Source: Cycas panzhihuaensis | Taxonomy: Eukaryota > Plantae > Cycadophyta | Length of the DNA: 64,000 bases | Reading direction: 5' to 3' | Assembly: GCA_023213395.1 (NCBI GenBank) | Contig: CM041465.1 | Coordinates: 88,915,741 to 88,979,740, forward strand | Part shown: positions 1 to 11,352 of the stretch, in pieces | How the letters are laid out: every line of letters starts with the position of its first letter | How positions within the stretch are numbered: position 1 is the first letter of the stretch | Translations under genes and position numbers: made by a program | The notes under the pieces: model-generated | The model's input: only the letters and a program-made list of their open reading frames with translations | The model's database searches: none | Told to the model about the DNA's origin: nothing

Positions 1-1343
1 CTTTGTTTAGCCGATACAACAAGGGACGTTGTCTGTACATAAGAGTGTCCTTACAATTTATACATATTATTCTCTCCAAGTCTTATGGCTACAACCTTGT
101 TCTGTTTATCTCGAACAATGCACTATCCTCAAGCAAACATTGTAGTCATATCTTGTTATTCAATTTCATCAACTAAAATAAGATTTGCCTTTAGATTTAA
201 TACGTGCAAAACATTTTCCAAGTGTTGTTGATCACCATTCGACAAAATAAATGGTACCTTTCCAATTCCAACAACGTCCATTTCGGTCATCCCTAATGGT
301 TACTTTCGATTCACCTACCACATCTCAAAGAAACCAATCCAACCTTCTAGTCATATGTGATGCACCAGAATCAATGGATCATATATCATGTACATCATAA
401 CCCATTTCATATGCAGCAAGAAGCAGCCGTGTTATAATCATAACAAGTGTCTCCTCTATTGAATCCATAACATGACCACATTGTCCAGGTGGTCATTGTT
501 ACTACTTTTGTTGTTTGGGTTGATTTTGAGGCTACAAAGAGCGTTGTTGTCACTGTCATTCCCAACAATCCTTTTTTATATGACCTAGCCTCCCACAACA
601 ATAACATTTAGGCCTGTATTGTCCCTTTGAAGTTCCCGATTTGCACTTTTGAACTACACTTTGAAATAAAGGGCTTCTTCCCTTTCGATTTAGATATGAG
701 TGCTCCAGATGACTCGCTATGCATGTGTTTCAATTCCTACTCATGTGCCACAAGTAGGGATTCCAAAAAAACAATTGTCATAGTGGACAATTTATCTACC
801 AGGGTTAATGTGGTTGTGAAGTTCTTATACTGGAGTGGTAGACTCCTTTGTATGCAAGCAATGATTTCTGAATCAGGAATCACCTCCCCATTTGTCAACA
901 ATTGATCCTAAATTGACCACACATTATGCATGTGTTCCATCATATTTCCAATCATCTTCAAAGTGTACAGCTGACTTCGTAGGTTCAAGGCTCTCACGTC
1001 GTCCTTTGTGCTCAAACAGGTTCACAACCGTGTCCCACATATGTTTCGATGTAATAATGCCCTTGATGTTTAAAATGGTGCTGCCACTAATTGACACGCT
1101 GACAAAACCAAAAGTTATATGCATCTTCTATTGGTATTCAGCATTAAAAGTAACATCGTTAGTCGACTTAGTTTCAAACACAGTAAACTCCGTAGCATCT
1201 TTACCTCTGACTAATTTGTTTACACACTTCCAGAGATCATTTAAATGAAAGAAACTAAACATATGATGTTTCCAAATAGTATAATTTTCATGACCTATGA
1301 GTTTTTCTATGATTGTACCCATTATGCTTCCTCCACTAGCCAT
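1..1343 (-). pseudogene. copia gag-protease, disrupted
   Basis: ORF fragment 1128-1370 carries the NY..WK gag motif; UBN2-type gag, CCHC knuckle and DSGAS protease motifs lie in different frames. Confidence 0.85.
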
Positions 1344-2490
1344 TTTAAGCCAAAAACTGACAAAAGACAACTAAAAAGTAACTAAACAAGCACATAAATA
1401 AAGTAAGAAGGCTGTGAAAGTCTTCAGTCTATACACAGTTAACTGGTATGAGTGAATTTACTATCTCGATCTACTCATAGGTAGCCGAAATATCACAAAA
1501 AATGCAAAATATTGATTTTTCACCAAAATTTTGTACTGAAGTGTTGCATATGATTGTTGTCACATCGTAGATCTTGAAAAATCAAGCATTGTGGTATATT
1601 TATTTGTCCAGAACGGACTTTGGATCATCCTATAATGAACATGGCTCCTAAAATACCACATGAACGAGGCTAGTTGGCTGGCAGCATCAGTGTGAACCTC
1701 AAAATTAAACCTAGTTCAGTCTAATGTAGCCCAAACATTAGAAATTTAAAAATAAACTTTAGCCAAAGTTTATTTGAGAATATTCTCCACCAAACATTCC
1801 CCCAATGGCATCAGCAATGAACAAATCCTCCTCAAAATCAATTTTCTTAGAATTAGAACCGTTTTTTCCAAAAATAACTTTGTCACTACATTGTCAACCT
1901 TTCAACGATCACAATGATAGGTTAGTGACAAGGCTTTCATGGCAACAATGATGATTGGGCATGAAAAAGCGGTTGTCCTCCTCCTCTATCCAAGTTTGAT
2001 CAATTTTTCTCCTCCGTTTGCTCTATAATTCTTATCTCTTCCTCTATGTGTTCACTCTAAAGATCAATTTTTCCACTTCACACAGTGATTAGATAGCCAC
2101 TAATGGCTTCTCCTTTTCAATTGCATGACCCAGTTTCCTTGTTGTGCACTTACAGCCCTCAAATGGTCGATTCATTCACCGTCTATGTTTTGCTCTTCAA
2201 TGGAGTTTTAACCAGCCATTTTCTTTGATTTCTCAACACCTTGTGGCATCTACACACTATTGCGTGGCAAGTTTGTAGTGTTTGGCCCTCTGTGATGGGT
2301 GTTTCTGTTTGGAGCTTCTTTGGGTGTGATTTTAATTCACCCATCGATGGTATCTTCATTGTCCAACGATTATGGCAACTCCTCAATGGTGATCGATCGA
2401 TCTAGTCGATGTATGACCTTGCCTCTTCAACACAGGTCTTTCATGTAGGCGCCAAAGTGAAAATGGTCTACGCAGGCAACCTAGTAATCA

Positions 2491-2491
<1 letters not shown>

Positions 2492-2550
<59 letters not shown>
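2492..2550. repeat. compound microsatellite (CA)n(TA)n
   Basis: Directly visible. Confidence 0.97.
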
Positions 2551-2875
2551 CAAATTTTTCAATTTTGTATAGTTTAAAAACTATATGTGATTTGAAATAT
2601 TGTTGGATGAATATTTAAATTTCAATCAATGTGTCTTTTCTAAGGTTTAAGAATATTGATTTTAATACCTTCTCATAACACTTTTTCACCATTCATTTTA
2701 GTTGCCCATTCATTTTAATACTATTTTTTTAATGGAGATTAATCTTAGTTTCTAGTGGTCTTAAATTACTCATAAATATGACTTATTTTCTCTCTTTTAC
2801 CTACATGTAGGTGATCAATAGGTTTTAATCGATTGTTTATAGGTGTGTCCATCCGCCACCGCATGTGTCTTTTTT

Positions 2876-2931
2876 AGCTTGCATGTAGGTCTCGTTAGCC
2901 TGCATGTGGGTCTCGTTAGCCTGCATGTAGG
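2876..2931. repeat. 21-bp tandem repeat (~2.6 copies, TAGCCTGCATGTRGGTCTCGT) in the leader of A
   Basis: Directly visible; gives the MQANET repeat in ORF 2837-3070. Confidence 0.9.
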
Positions 2932-3447
2932 TGGCAAATACAAGGTGCAAATTGCTCAACATAATGAGCCATTTTCCCACATCAAACATGAGTATGGATA
3001 GCCTACACGTTAGTGAAAATATATGCATATAAGTCAATAGAAAACTAATGCATGTCATATAATATTGCAATCTAATTTTGATTTTATAACGTAGAAAAAC
3101 GGATGTAAAAGATCATATTCAAAGGTATGAATAGATATCTACAACCTGTAAAGATTACACCTTTAATCAATGAACAAGCATCTGTAGCTTGTTAATGGCT
3201 ACTCCCCCTTGAAGATAATACTAGTTTTGTTTGCTCAGTAGTACTTAGACGTCTACATTTGAAAATAAACATCATAGGGGAGTGCCTCTGCACGAACATC
3301 TGCATACTTGCTTCAACAAATTTCTACAACATGCTACCTAAATCTGCCTAAAAGATTGAATTTATCAACCTAATAAATAGAGTTACAGTATGTTTAAATC
3401 TACCAACAATTATAGCTAATAAACTCCTACAATCAACCCCAATACCA

Positions 3448-3785
3448 TGTAGGACTACTAAAATTTGAATAATAACAAAAATGGAGAACTAACTATGGTA
3501 GAGTCAACATATCAATTAATATGAAAGTTACTTTCACATAACTTAAATAAATCTCACGCTAAAGTCATCTCTTATTAAATTTTACAATGCATTCTACGTG
3601 CATAAATACAATTCTAAAACAAAATCTAAATTCTAACTAAGCGACACGTGATGCGAGAGTTGTAACCCCCAATAATTCACCACTTACATAAATGTTAAAA
3701 TAAATCTAAACCTAATATAATACAAAACTTAAGGGGAGGCTCATAACCCAAAGTTATGAGCCACAAATAAATATTAATGTCAACA
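3448..3785 (-). repeat. 5' LTR of copia A (same family as LTR 26753-27088)
   Basis: TG...CA termini on the minus strand with adjacent PBS; the reverse complement aligns along its length with 26753-27088. Confidence 0.85.
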
Positions 3786-4858
3786 TGCAGCAGTGGAAAC
3801 ACAATGGCTCGAGATGACATATCGCATATGCACCACAGTAACAATTCTATGGCTCAACTACAACAGCTCTATGTCTTGATCGATCATTTCAAGAATTCCA
3901 CCATGGAAACATATCAGGTTGCAAGCTATTGGATGCCACTATGAATGGCATCCCACCAAATCTAGAGTGCGTCTACATATAAGCTAAGCCATCTTACCCA
4001 TAGCTCCCTTGGCATCTCACCACAGGCCTCCAACCTTTCATTAGAATCGGATACTGTACTCAATGAAATAAAACCTGAGGTACCACTGCCAACCAATCAA
4101 CCTCACATATAGTCCACAATAGAATCCATCATATATTCAACACAAGCATGCAAAAACTAGAGAGCCAAATTCACACAAAGATATATGAAAACCATCAACT
4201 TGATTTCATAACAAGAGAATCAATGAATTAATCCAATAGATTGATTGTTAGATGAGTTTCCACACTCAAACATAGATGCACTAAGCTCAAAATACCAACA
4301 TTTGAATACCAAAATGTTAAATCACTTGCCACCCTTCTACTTGTATACTTTGAATCAACTACCTTACATAATTTAGTTGCCTTAACCTTCAACTACTTTT
4401 AAGGCATTTAAAAAATAATTAAAGCCAAAATCCCCTTTTTAATCACATTCTAGAGCAAGTTAAATGCAGACATAAGCAAGTTCCTTTTTATTATTCCACC
4501 AACTACATTAGTAACCAAGTGGGCTCACAAAAGGGGTATTAGACACAAAGGGTCAAGACTCAGGAAGTTCTCCTCAAGGATTCCTTCTTTGTTGATGTCA
4601 TGTTCACCCATTTTATTTCCCTTTGAGCAATCCAATCACATATTATTATTTGGGAATTCATTATTACATTATGTACAATGCCTTCAACAATCAACCCTCA
4701 AGATGATTACATATGTACATGCATAAGCCTAATGCCTCAAATGACATATAACATCACTCTACAAAATTTTTAATGTAACAAGATGCACCCGTCACACTTA
4801 ATGGGGCATTTCACTAAGCTCCCATTTATAACAAAGGAGTGAACATCTCATCACAACA
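3786..4858 (-). mobile_element. old LTR (4858-4315) with degenerate PBS and leader fragment, truncated by A
   Basis: Minus strand begins TGTTGTGATG (4858) and ends ...TTTAACA (4315), followed by TGGTATTC / TGGTATTTTGAGC PBS-like motifs at 4311-4285. No partner LTR seen. Confidence 0.45.
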
Positions 4859-6300
4859 TGAAATATAAAATAACAAAATATATAGTGAAATGCATATAAG
4901 GAAATGTACAAGGAGTACCATGTGGTGTGTTACATTGCTCAGTGTGTTGTAGACAAGATTGAGCCCTTAGATGTTTAAAACATCCATTTTGGTTCATACA
5001 CCATATCTTTGCATTGTTGGAATGCTTCTCACAGACAAGGAATACAGTCGAGGAATGGCCATAGGAATACTAGCCATTGAGAATTGTTTAGGGGACCATC
5101 ACAAAATGCCACCAAAATGATAAAGGAGCACCACCTATAAATGAGCGCTACCCGGAATGGCTCAATTAGAGGAACATTACCCAAATGTCATTAGAACAAC
5201 TCTAAAAAAACCCAGTTAAGGGAATGCTATCCAAAGCGCTATCAGGATGGCATCAACAAGAAGCACTACCAAGAATGCAATCTAAAATGGCACATGCAAG
5301 CCAAAATGCCTAGTACAGAACTCTTTGACTTCTATGCATTTTATAGGATTATTGTAGGATCATAGCTCCATCCCCTTCTCTATGGTTGTACCAATTGTTT
5401 GAGAGTTTCCTGCACCTCCCTCAAGGTCTCATCGATTGGTATTTAAGCTCCATTCCCTTCCTAGGGGCCACATCAGCTAATTTCAAAACTATTGTTCCAT
5501 CACCTTGCTACATATCATTTGGTATTAGAGCTACTCATCAATTGCCTTCCTCCCCAACTACATATCAAATGGTATTAGAGCATGTTGGTCCCATCAATTG
5601 CAAGTCATACTTGGAGTGGGCATATTCTTTATGTACAAAATAGCTACAATAGAACTATGCATGGCTCTATTGGAAGCTCACCATTATAAATTTGCTTGAG
5701 ATATCAACCAATTTCACTATCAAAGGATACAAGTGGAGTCTTGAGGATTTATTAAGCACCGTTGGCACATCCATAAGTAGGTACACGAAGCCTTGATGAA
5801 CACTCAAGTAAATTACAAAGAATAATGTAACAAGCATAAACAAGATCATACCTTCCAAGTTGCAAATCAAGATTTGTTACTCTACCATCAGAAATGTTAA
5901 AAGATAAGGAAAGAAAACTCAGGCACATTCACTTTGGAACTTATACAACAATTGATGCAATTCGATTAAATCATTTTAAGATTAATTTTCCAACATATCT
6001 TGAAATTCAACAAATGCTTAACATGGACACAATTCAATTCCATGAGACATCTATTCCTAATGAAGGAAATTTGGGTGTTATCCAACATCCAAATGAGACA
6101 AAACCAAATTTCTAATCACCCTTGGTAGAAGACACTATATTTCGAACAAAGGTGAGGCAAACCCAACATTCCAAGTTGAACTTGTATAAAAAGGGGAAAA
6201 TGGCAATACCTTTATTATGCTTAATGGTATGCTGGAGAAAAGAGGCAAATTTTCATCACCTGAATGGATAAATAATGAAATCCATTTCTCAATGAAAGGG
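4859..6300 (+). mobile_element. internally deleted Ty3/gypsy remnant: LTR-like region, doubled PBS, integrase C-terminus
   Basis: Two TGGTATTAGAGC motifs at 5520 and 5570, each after CTACATATCA. 5750-6300 translates to 'IHK*VHEALMNTQVNYKE*CNKHKQDHTFQV...RKLRHIHFGTYTTI...FKINFPTYLEI', a degenerate GPY/F integrase tail. The left boundary is uncertain. Confidence 0.6.
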
Positions 6301-6468
6301 GATGAATGATTAAGTTGCAAAATTATTACAACCATACCCGAGATACCCACTAGCTCTTTCATCACTTTATATCATCTTTTTTTTTAATAATACTTTTAAT
6401 TTCTTTACAAATTAATTGTGTTTTTCTACATGCATTATTAATTTGCATGGGGATTCTTCACACCTTGG

Positions 6469-6600
6469 CACATCTCAAATACTTTGCAAATTTACACACT
6501 AAAATTCAGCAAGCTTACACATCTCAAAAACATCACAAATTTGCATGCTAAAACTTACCAAGTTTCAATGCTCAAAAATGCTAGTAGATTTGTGTATTCA
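6469..6600. repeat. degenerate ~49-bp tandem repeat (~3 copies)
   Basis: CACATCTCAAA...AAATTT...CTAAAA...CAAG recurs at 6469, 6518 and ~6566. Confidence 0.6.
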
Positions 6601-6987
6601 TATTTGAAGAAGAAATAAAGAAAATGAGAACACAAATACCAATTGTTCCCATGCATTTGCTACTTTAGATATGTATAACTAAAAACTGCATATTCATAAA
6701 ACATCAGTCCAATAATAGTTAGTCTTTTTTGAATTCTGGTCATTGTAAGTGTAGGAAGCCAAATTTGCTACTTGACATTAAATTTCAAGGATCTCAATAT
6801 GAGTGAAAAAGAAGATTGGATAGTAGTTTCCAGTATTACTTTCCAAGAACTGTACTAGCATGGGGAGTTTAAAAAATACAACTCACTTTGGATTAAAAAC
6901 CCAACTTCATTATAGATTCAATTAAATTAAAGTCAATTTTTAGAGAGATACTACTCAATTTAAGAAACTAATCTTGGTTTAAGAAAA

Positions 6988-7115
6988 TACAACTTTTCGT
7001 TTAGCAATACGTAACAATCAATCTAGAGGGCACAATTTTCGTTTTACAGTCTACGATATTAAGTTCTGAGATCACAGTTTTTTGTTTATAATGTATAGTC
7101 ATCAAATTTTGATAT
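6988..7115. repeat. degenerate ~42-bp tandem repeat (~3 copies)
   Basis: ACAACTTTTCGTTT / ACAATTTTCGTTTT / ACAGTTTTTTGTTT spaced ~42 bp. Confidence 0.5.
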
Positions 7116-7170
7116 TCTAGAATGTTTGATTGAAGCAAGGATGAAGATTAGCTACACACAAAGAATAACA

Positions 7171-7489
7171 TGTCAATTTTGGTAATTGATCCCTTAAACT
7201 AATATTCATCTATTTCATTACTAGACTCTATAAAACTGAATAAGTTCATGTTCTATTAATAATTGTTTAATAGGATGAGTTACAACCATTAATTCACACC
7301 TCTTGGGAACCAATGGAAAAAGGTATATATAAACCTACTTTTAGGGTGTTGTAAATCATTAATTGGAGTGAGATCATTTGAATCTTCTCTTATCATTGAT
7401 CGAGATCATGAGAATGTTTGGTTGATAATAGTCTTTTGATAATACGTTATGTATTTTCCGATTTCATTATGCCATGTGTTAAGTGAACA
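7171..7489 (+). repeat. putative unpaired LTR with degenerate PBS
   Basis: TGTCAA...GTGAACA termini, TATATAAA at ~7326, followed by TGATATTAG (decayed TGGTATCAG). No partner LTR or TSD found. Confidence 0.4.
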
Positions 7490-8130
7490 AATGATATTAG
7501 TGGATAGGAAATGACACTAAACATGATGAATGTGCAAAATTAATATTCTCTCACTTGGTAAGATTTAATAATATGAATCTTGCCAAGATTTCCCAATGGA
7601 TTTATAACCGAGTAACACCGGTTCCATTGCCTATTTTGGACCTCATGTGTCCCTAGTGAGTAGAAAAGTGGTTCTTACGACAAAATGAGGATTGGGAAGT
7701 AATAAAACTGGTCCATGGAGCCTACAAGCCAAACTAGTAGGAAGTGATTTGATACTATAGGTTGTTGGTGTTCATGCAGAGGCGCTCCCCTATGGTAGCC
7801 ATTTTCAAGCGCAATCGTTTGAATATTGTCGAGCAAACAAAACTAGTTTTTTCTTCAAGAGGAAGTAGCCACTAACAAGTTGTACATGCTTGTTTAATAA
7901 ATTTGAATAGCATAAATTAATCCACAAGTTGAAGATACAGATTAGAATGTTTTATTTACGTGTTTTTATTTACGCTTTGAATCGCAATATTTGTTATTAG
8001 AAGTTTTTTTTTTTCAATCTAACATGTGTTTGTTAATCAGTAACATGCAGATGTATTAAATGTTCTCCTTTTTAGTTTGAATTTATTGCTCTGTTTATTG
8101 AACAGATTTCATTGTTCTAACAATGACATG

Positions 8131-8603
8131 TGACAACCTAGGATCATATGAGAAGCAAATGTGCTAAGAGATTTGATGAATAGCACCAAATAAACTAGCC
8201 AACAAGCAAATAAATACTCAAGCATATGAAAGGCACTAGCAATGGAGGAGTAGAAATTATTCCTAACTCCAAAATAACAAGATTTTCTTGTATTCAAATG
8301 AGTAGCATAACAATACATCACCTCTCACTCCTGCTCTACATGAGAAAATAGTCTCAATATATAAAGGAGGAGAAAGCTTAGGGGGTTGCATGTTTGACAC
8401 TTGTCAAACATGCACGCCATGTCCCATGTGCACTCACACGTGCAAAAGTGCATGAAGCGTACATTGACCCTCAAGTTACAACATCATACTTACTAGAAAG
8501 AATGTGAGTGTGTACTTTATCACGTTGAGTGGTAAAGTACTTTACATAAAGTACATAACAATATAAAGCACATGACTTTATATTTAAACATAAAGGTCTA
8601 ACA
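8131..8603 (-). mobile_element. solo LTR (473 bp) inserted in the leader of B
   Basis: TG...CA termini with exact TSD ACATG (8126-8130 / 8604-8608). A TATA-like motif on the minus strand at ~8358-8365 suggests orientation. Confidence 0.85.
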
Positions 8604-9704
8604 ACATGCAGGTCTAAGCAAGTGACATGCAAGCACGATCAGATATACAGGCAGACAAGTACCTTCAACAAGATATATATCATGCAAACTTCAAATTGAA
8701 ATCACCAACAAACAACAAATAGTGAATGAAAAGCACCTCTATTGAATGACAAAAAAACCTCTATTGAAAGCTTAAGGACAAATTTTAATCCTCTATTAAG
8801 ACAATACACAATGATTAAAAGAACAATAAAAATTGTTGAAACCCTATGTTAAAGTGAATGGACATTAAAGTAAATGGACATCCTCTGAAGTGATGTGATT
8901 AAACACAAGAGAGAAGCTCTGTTGATACGCTCTTCTACTAAAAAAATACAATGAAAAACACTGAAAAAGCAAAGGACGGAGATTGATCAAATTTGAACGA
9001 AAAATCATTGAAAAGATTCATTTTTTAAACTTTACAAAGGGTATAAACATCGAAAAGGGTACATTCTTCATGAATATCCCAAAGTGTATAATGTAAAGTT
9101 GAAAAGCATTGAAAAAGAAAAATCGAATTTTTTCAACAAAATGGCTATCGTGCAACCTACGCAAAAAAGGGCAACCCACGACAGACGAAAATGATTGAAT
9201 CTTGATTATTTGACCACCAATTCCCAATTTGAAGCAGGTGTCCACTTCGTATGAGTCTACAAAAGCCACTTGAAGCTACAGACTGGAGAGAAGTAGATTT
9301 TTCATAGTGATAGAGCTGTGGAAAGTCATACAACCAAACGAACATGCAGAGGCCATTTTTTCTGATTTTGAGCCAAAAAAAGCATAGAGCGAGGTCTAAA
9401 TTCATCACAAATGACAACATGAACAATTTCATTGTGATCTGAGAGCCATAGGAGACAGAATGAAGTGAAACAAAGGAGAAAAGGCAGCCAAACGATGTGA
9501 AAAATCGCCCAAACAATGCCAAATTAATCTGAGGACAAAATATCTTGCATGCAAACTAGTTGAAAACCAAGTAAGGCAACATGCATGATGCAGTAACAAC
9601 AAACAATGTCAAATTTCATCTCCAATGAAGAAAATTTGCTCACAAAAGCGAAATTGTAATCATAGGAGGAAGACAAACATTTTTGCATGCATAGTGATGA
9701 AAGA

Positions 9705-10046
9705 TGTTAGCGTGAGAGTTAATTATTAAGCCACTTGTTAATGTTATTGTGGTGGTTTAATTAATGTGATTAACAAAAGGTGCGAGTTATGCAGAGTCAC
9801 AACCTTTATTGGTTGACAACTCTTAAGGGATTATAAATATCTCGAAGTCCCTTGTATATTCACATCAATCAAGTGGTAATCAATGTGATTGATAGATCTT
9901 TGTGGTGGGTTTTTTTCCGAAAGGATTTCCCACATATATCATGTGTATTGTGCAATTGTTTTCTGTGTTTATCTTGTTTGCTTGTTGTGTATAGTAAAAG
10001 ATTCTACAAATGTAAACACGTATGAGTTCATTCACGTTTCTTAACA
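9705..10046 (+). repeat. 5' LTR of C
   Basis: Direct repeat of 15288-15632, roughly 90% identical by eye. Confidence 0.95.
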
Positions 10047-11352
10047 CGGTATCAGAGTTGTAGGGACCTACACAGCTAAGGACAGAGTTGGGTAAAGCGA
10101 TGAGATCGTAGGTTGTCGGGTGATGCCGTCAAAACCCAAGATTTCTTGGGAACTTATCTTCTCCAATAACTTGCAGGAGTAGGCACAGTATTCAATGGTG
10201 GTTGAAGAGGTGAAATTCACCTATCAACAAGGTTAGTGCAATGTCGGGGTCAAAAATCAGACTTGCAAGCCATTTTTATGGGTTGAGTTGGCTCGTTGTG
10301 GGGTCATCCAAAGCTGGTTAGTGAATTGCATACTACCCAAGGTCGGCAAAGCATGTTTTGGTGGAGATCTAATAGTATTAGGGGTTACTACAGATCATAC
10401 AAGTAAGTTTGCTCTATTTTTTGAAGAAGTTCAATTATATTTGGCATTAAAAATCAATATTTTACACTGAAGTAGTCAAAGTTCCTTACCTAGGGGGGGA
10501 TTGTATCCCGTTGAGGAAGTTTTCTATCCATAAGAAGGTTATTAGGCAACAATAAAGGAGGTTGTTTGGACTATTATGATTGAATGATAAGTTTGGGCAA
10601 CTTTATATAAGATTGAGGCCCTGTTTCTTCTTCTATTAAGTGTGATAATTGCATAAGACTGAACTAGGACATACTTGTGTGATTGCTAGACCATGCTTGC
10701 CTTGTCTTATGCAGGTCGTAATCCCTCACATGGCTACTGCAACTCCTCGCTTATGCCTTTTGAAGTCCGAAGATGTAATATGAGCAACATTTGATAATTA
10801 TTTTGGGTGTTTAACCTTAGTTGACCTCTGTATTACGTTATTCCTTGATTTAAGGCATGTGCGATTAGTGCAAAGGCGTGCAGCCCTTTTGGACAGCCAC
10901 CACTTAGGAATATGCCTTTTGGCATATTCTATATAAAGTGACCTATATAACCTTAGAAAAACCATTGAATATTATTTGGTGTATACATTAAGCATTGTGA
11001 GCAATCTTGAGATCACTTTGGAGCATGTTTTGATTGAAATCTAACTTGGAAGACTGTACAACCACTATTGTGTTATAATCTCTTCTTTGTGAAGCATATT
11101 CTATGGTGTTTTGAGTCGCTTTGGTTTTTTTTCTTTTTTTGGGGGGGCAGCATTTTGAGAACGATCTTGAGGCCAGTTGTTGTAGGGTTGACTATTGGCG
11201 GGCGATTCTGGCCTGCATAACCATTAGTTTGTGTTCCCTAATGGACATGTTTGAGAAGGTGGTGAACACAGTGAAGTGGGTGTTGTCCAAAAGACTATAG
11301 GTCTAGTATTTTGATGATATTGACTTGATTTTTTTGAAGCCCATTTCACAAG

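Larger units (their letters stand above)
1..3785 (-). mobile_element. Ty1/copia LTR retrotransposon A (5' part; runs off window start), degenerate
   Basis: 5' LTR 3785-3448 (TGTTGAC...CCTACA) followed by PBS-like TGGTATTGGGG (3447-3437). A ~2.1 kb leader precedes gag 'MASGGSIMGTIIEKLIGHENYTIWKHHM' from 1343. Zinc knuckle CYCCGRLGHIKKDC ~560-610; protease motif IDSGASHMT ~350-380. Many stops and frameshifts. Confidence 0.88.
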
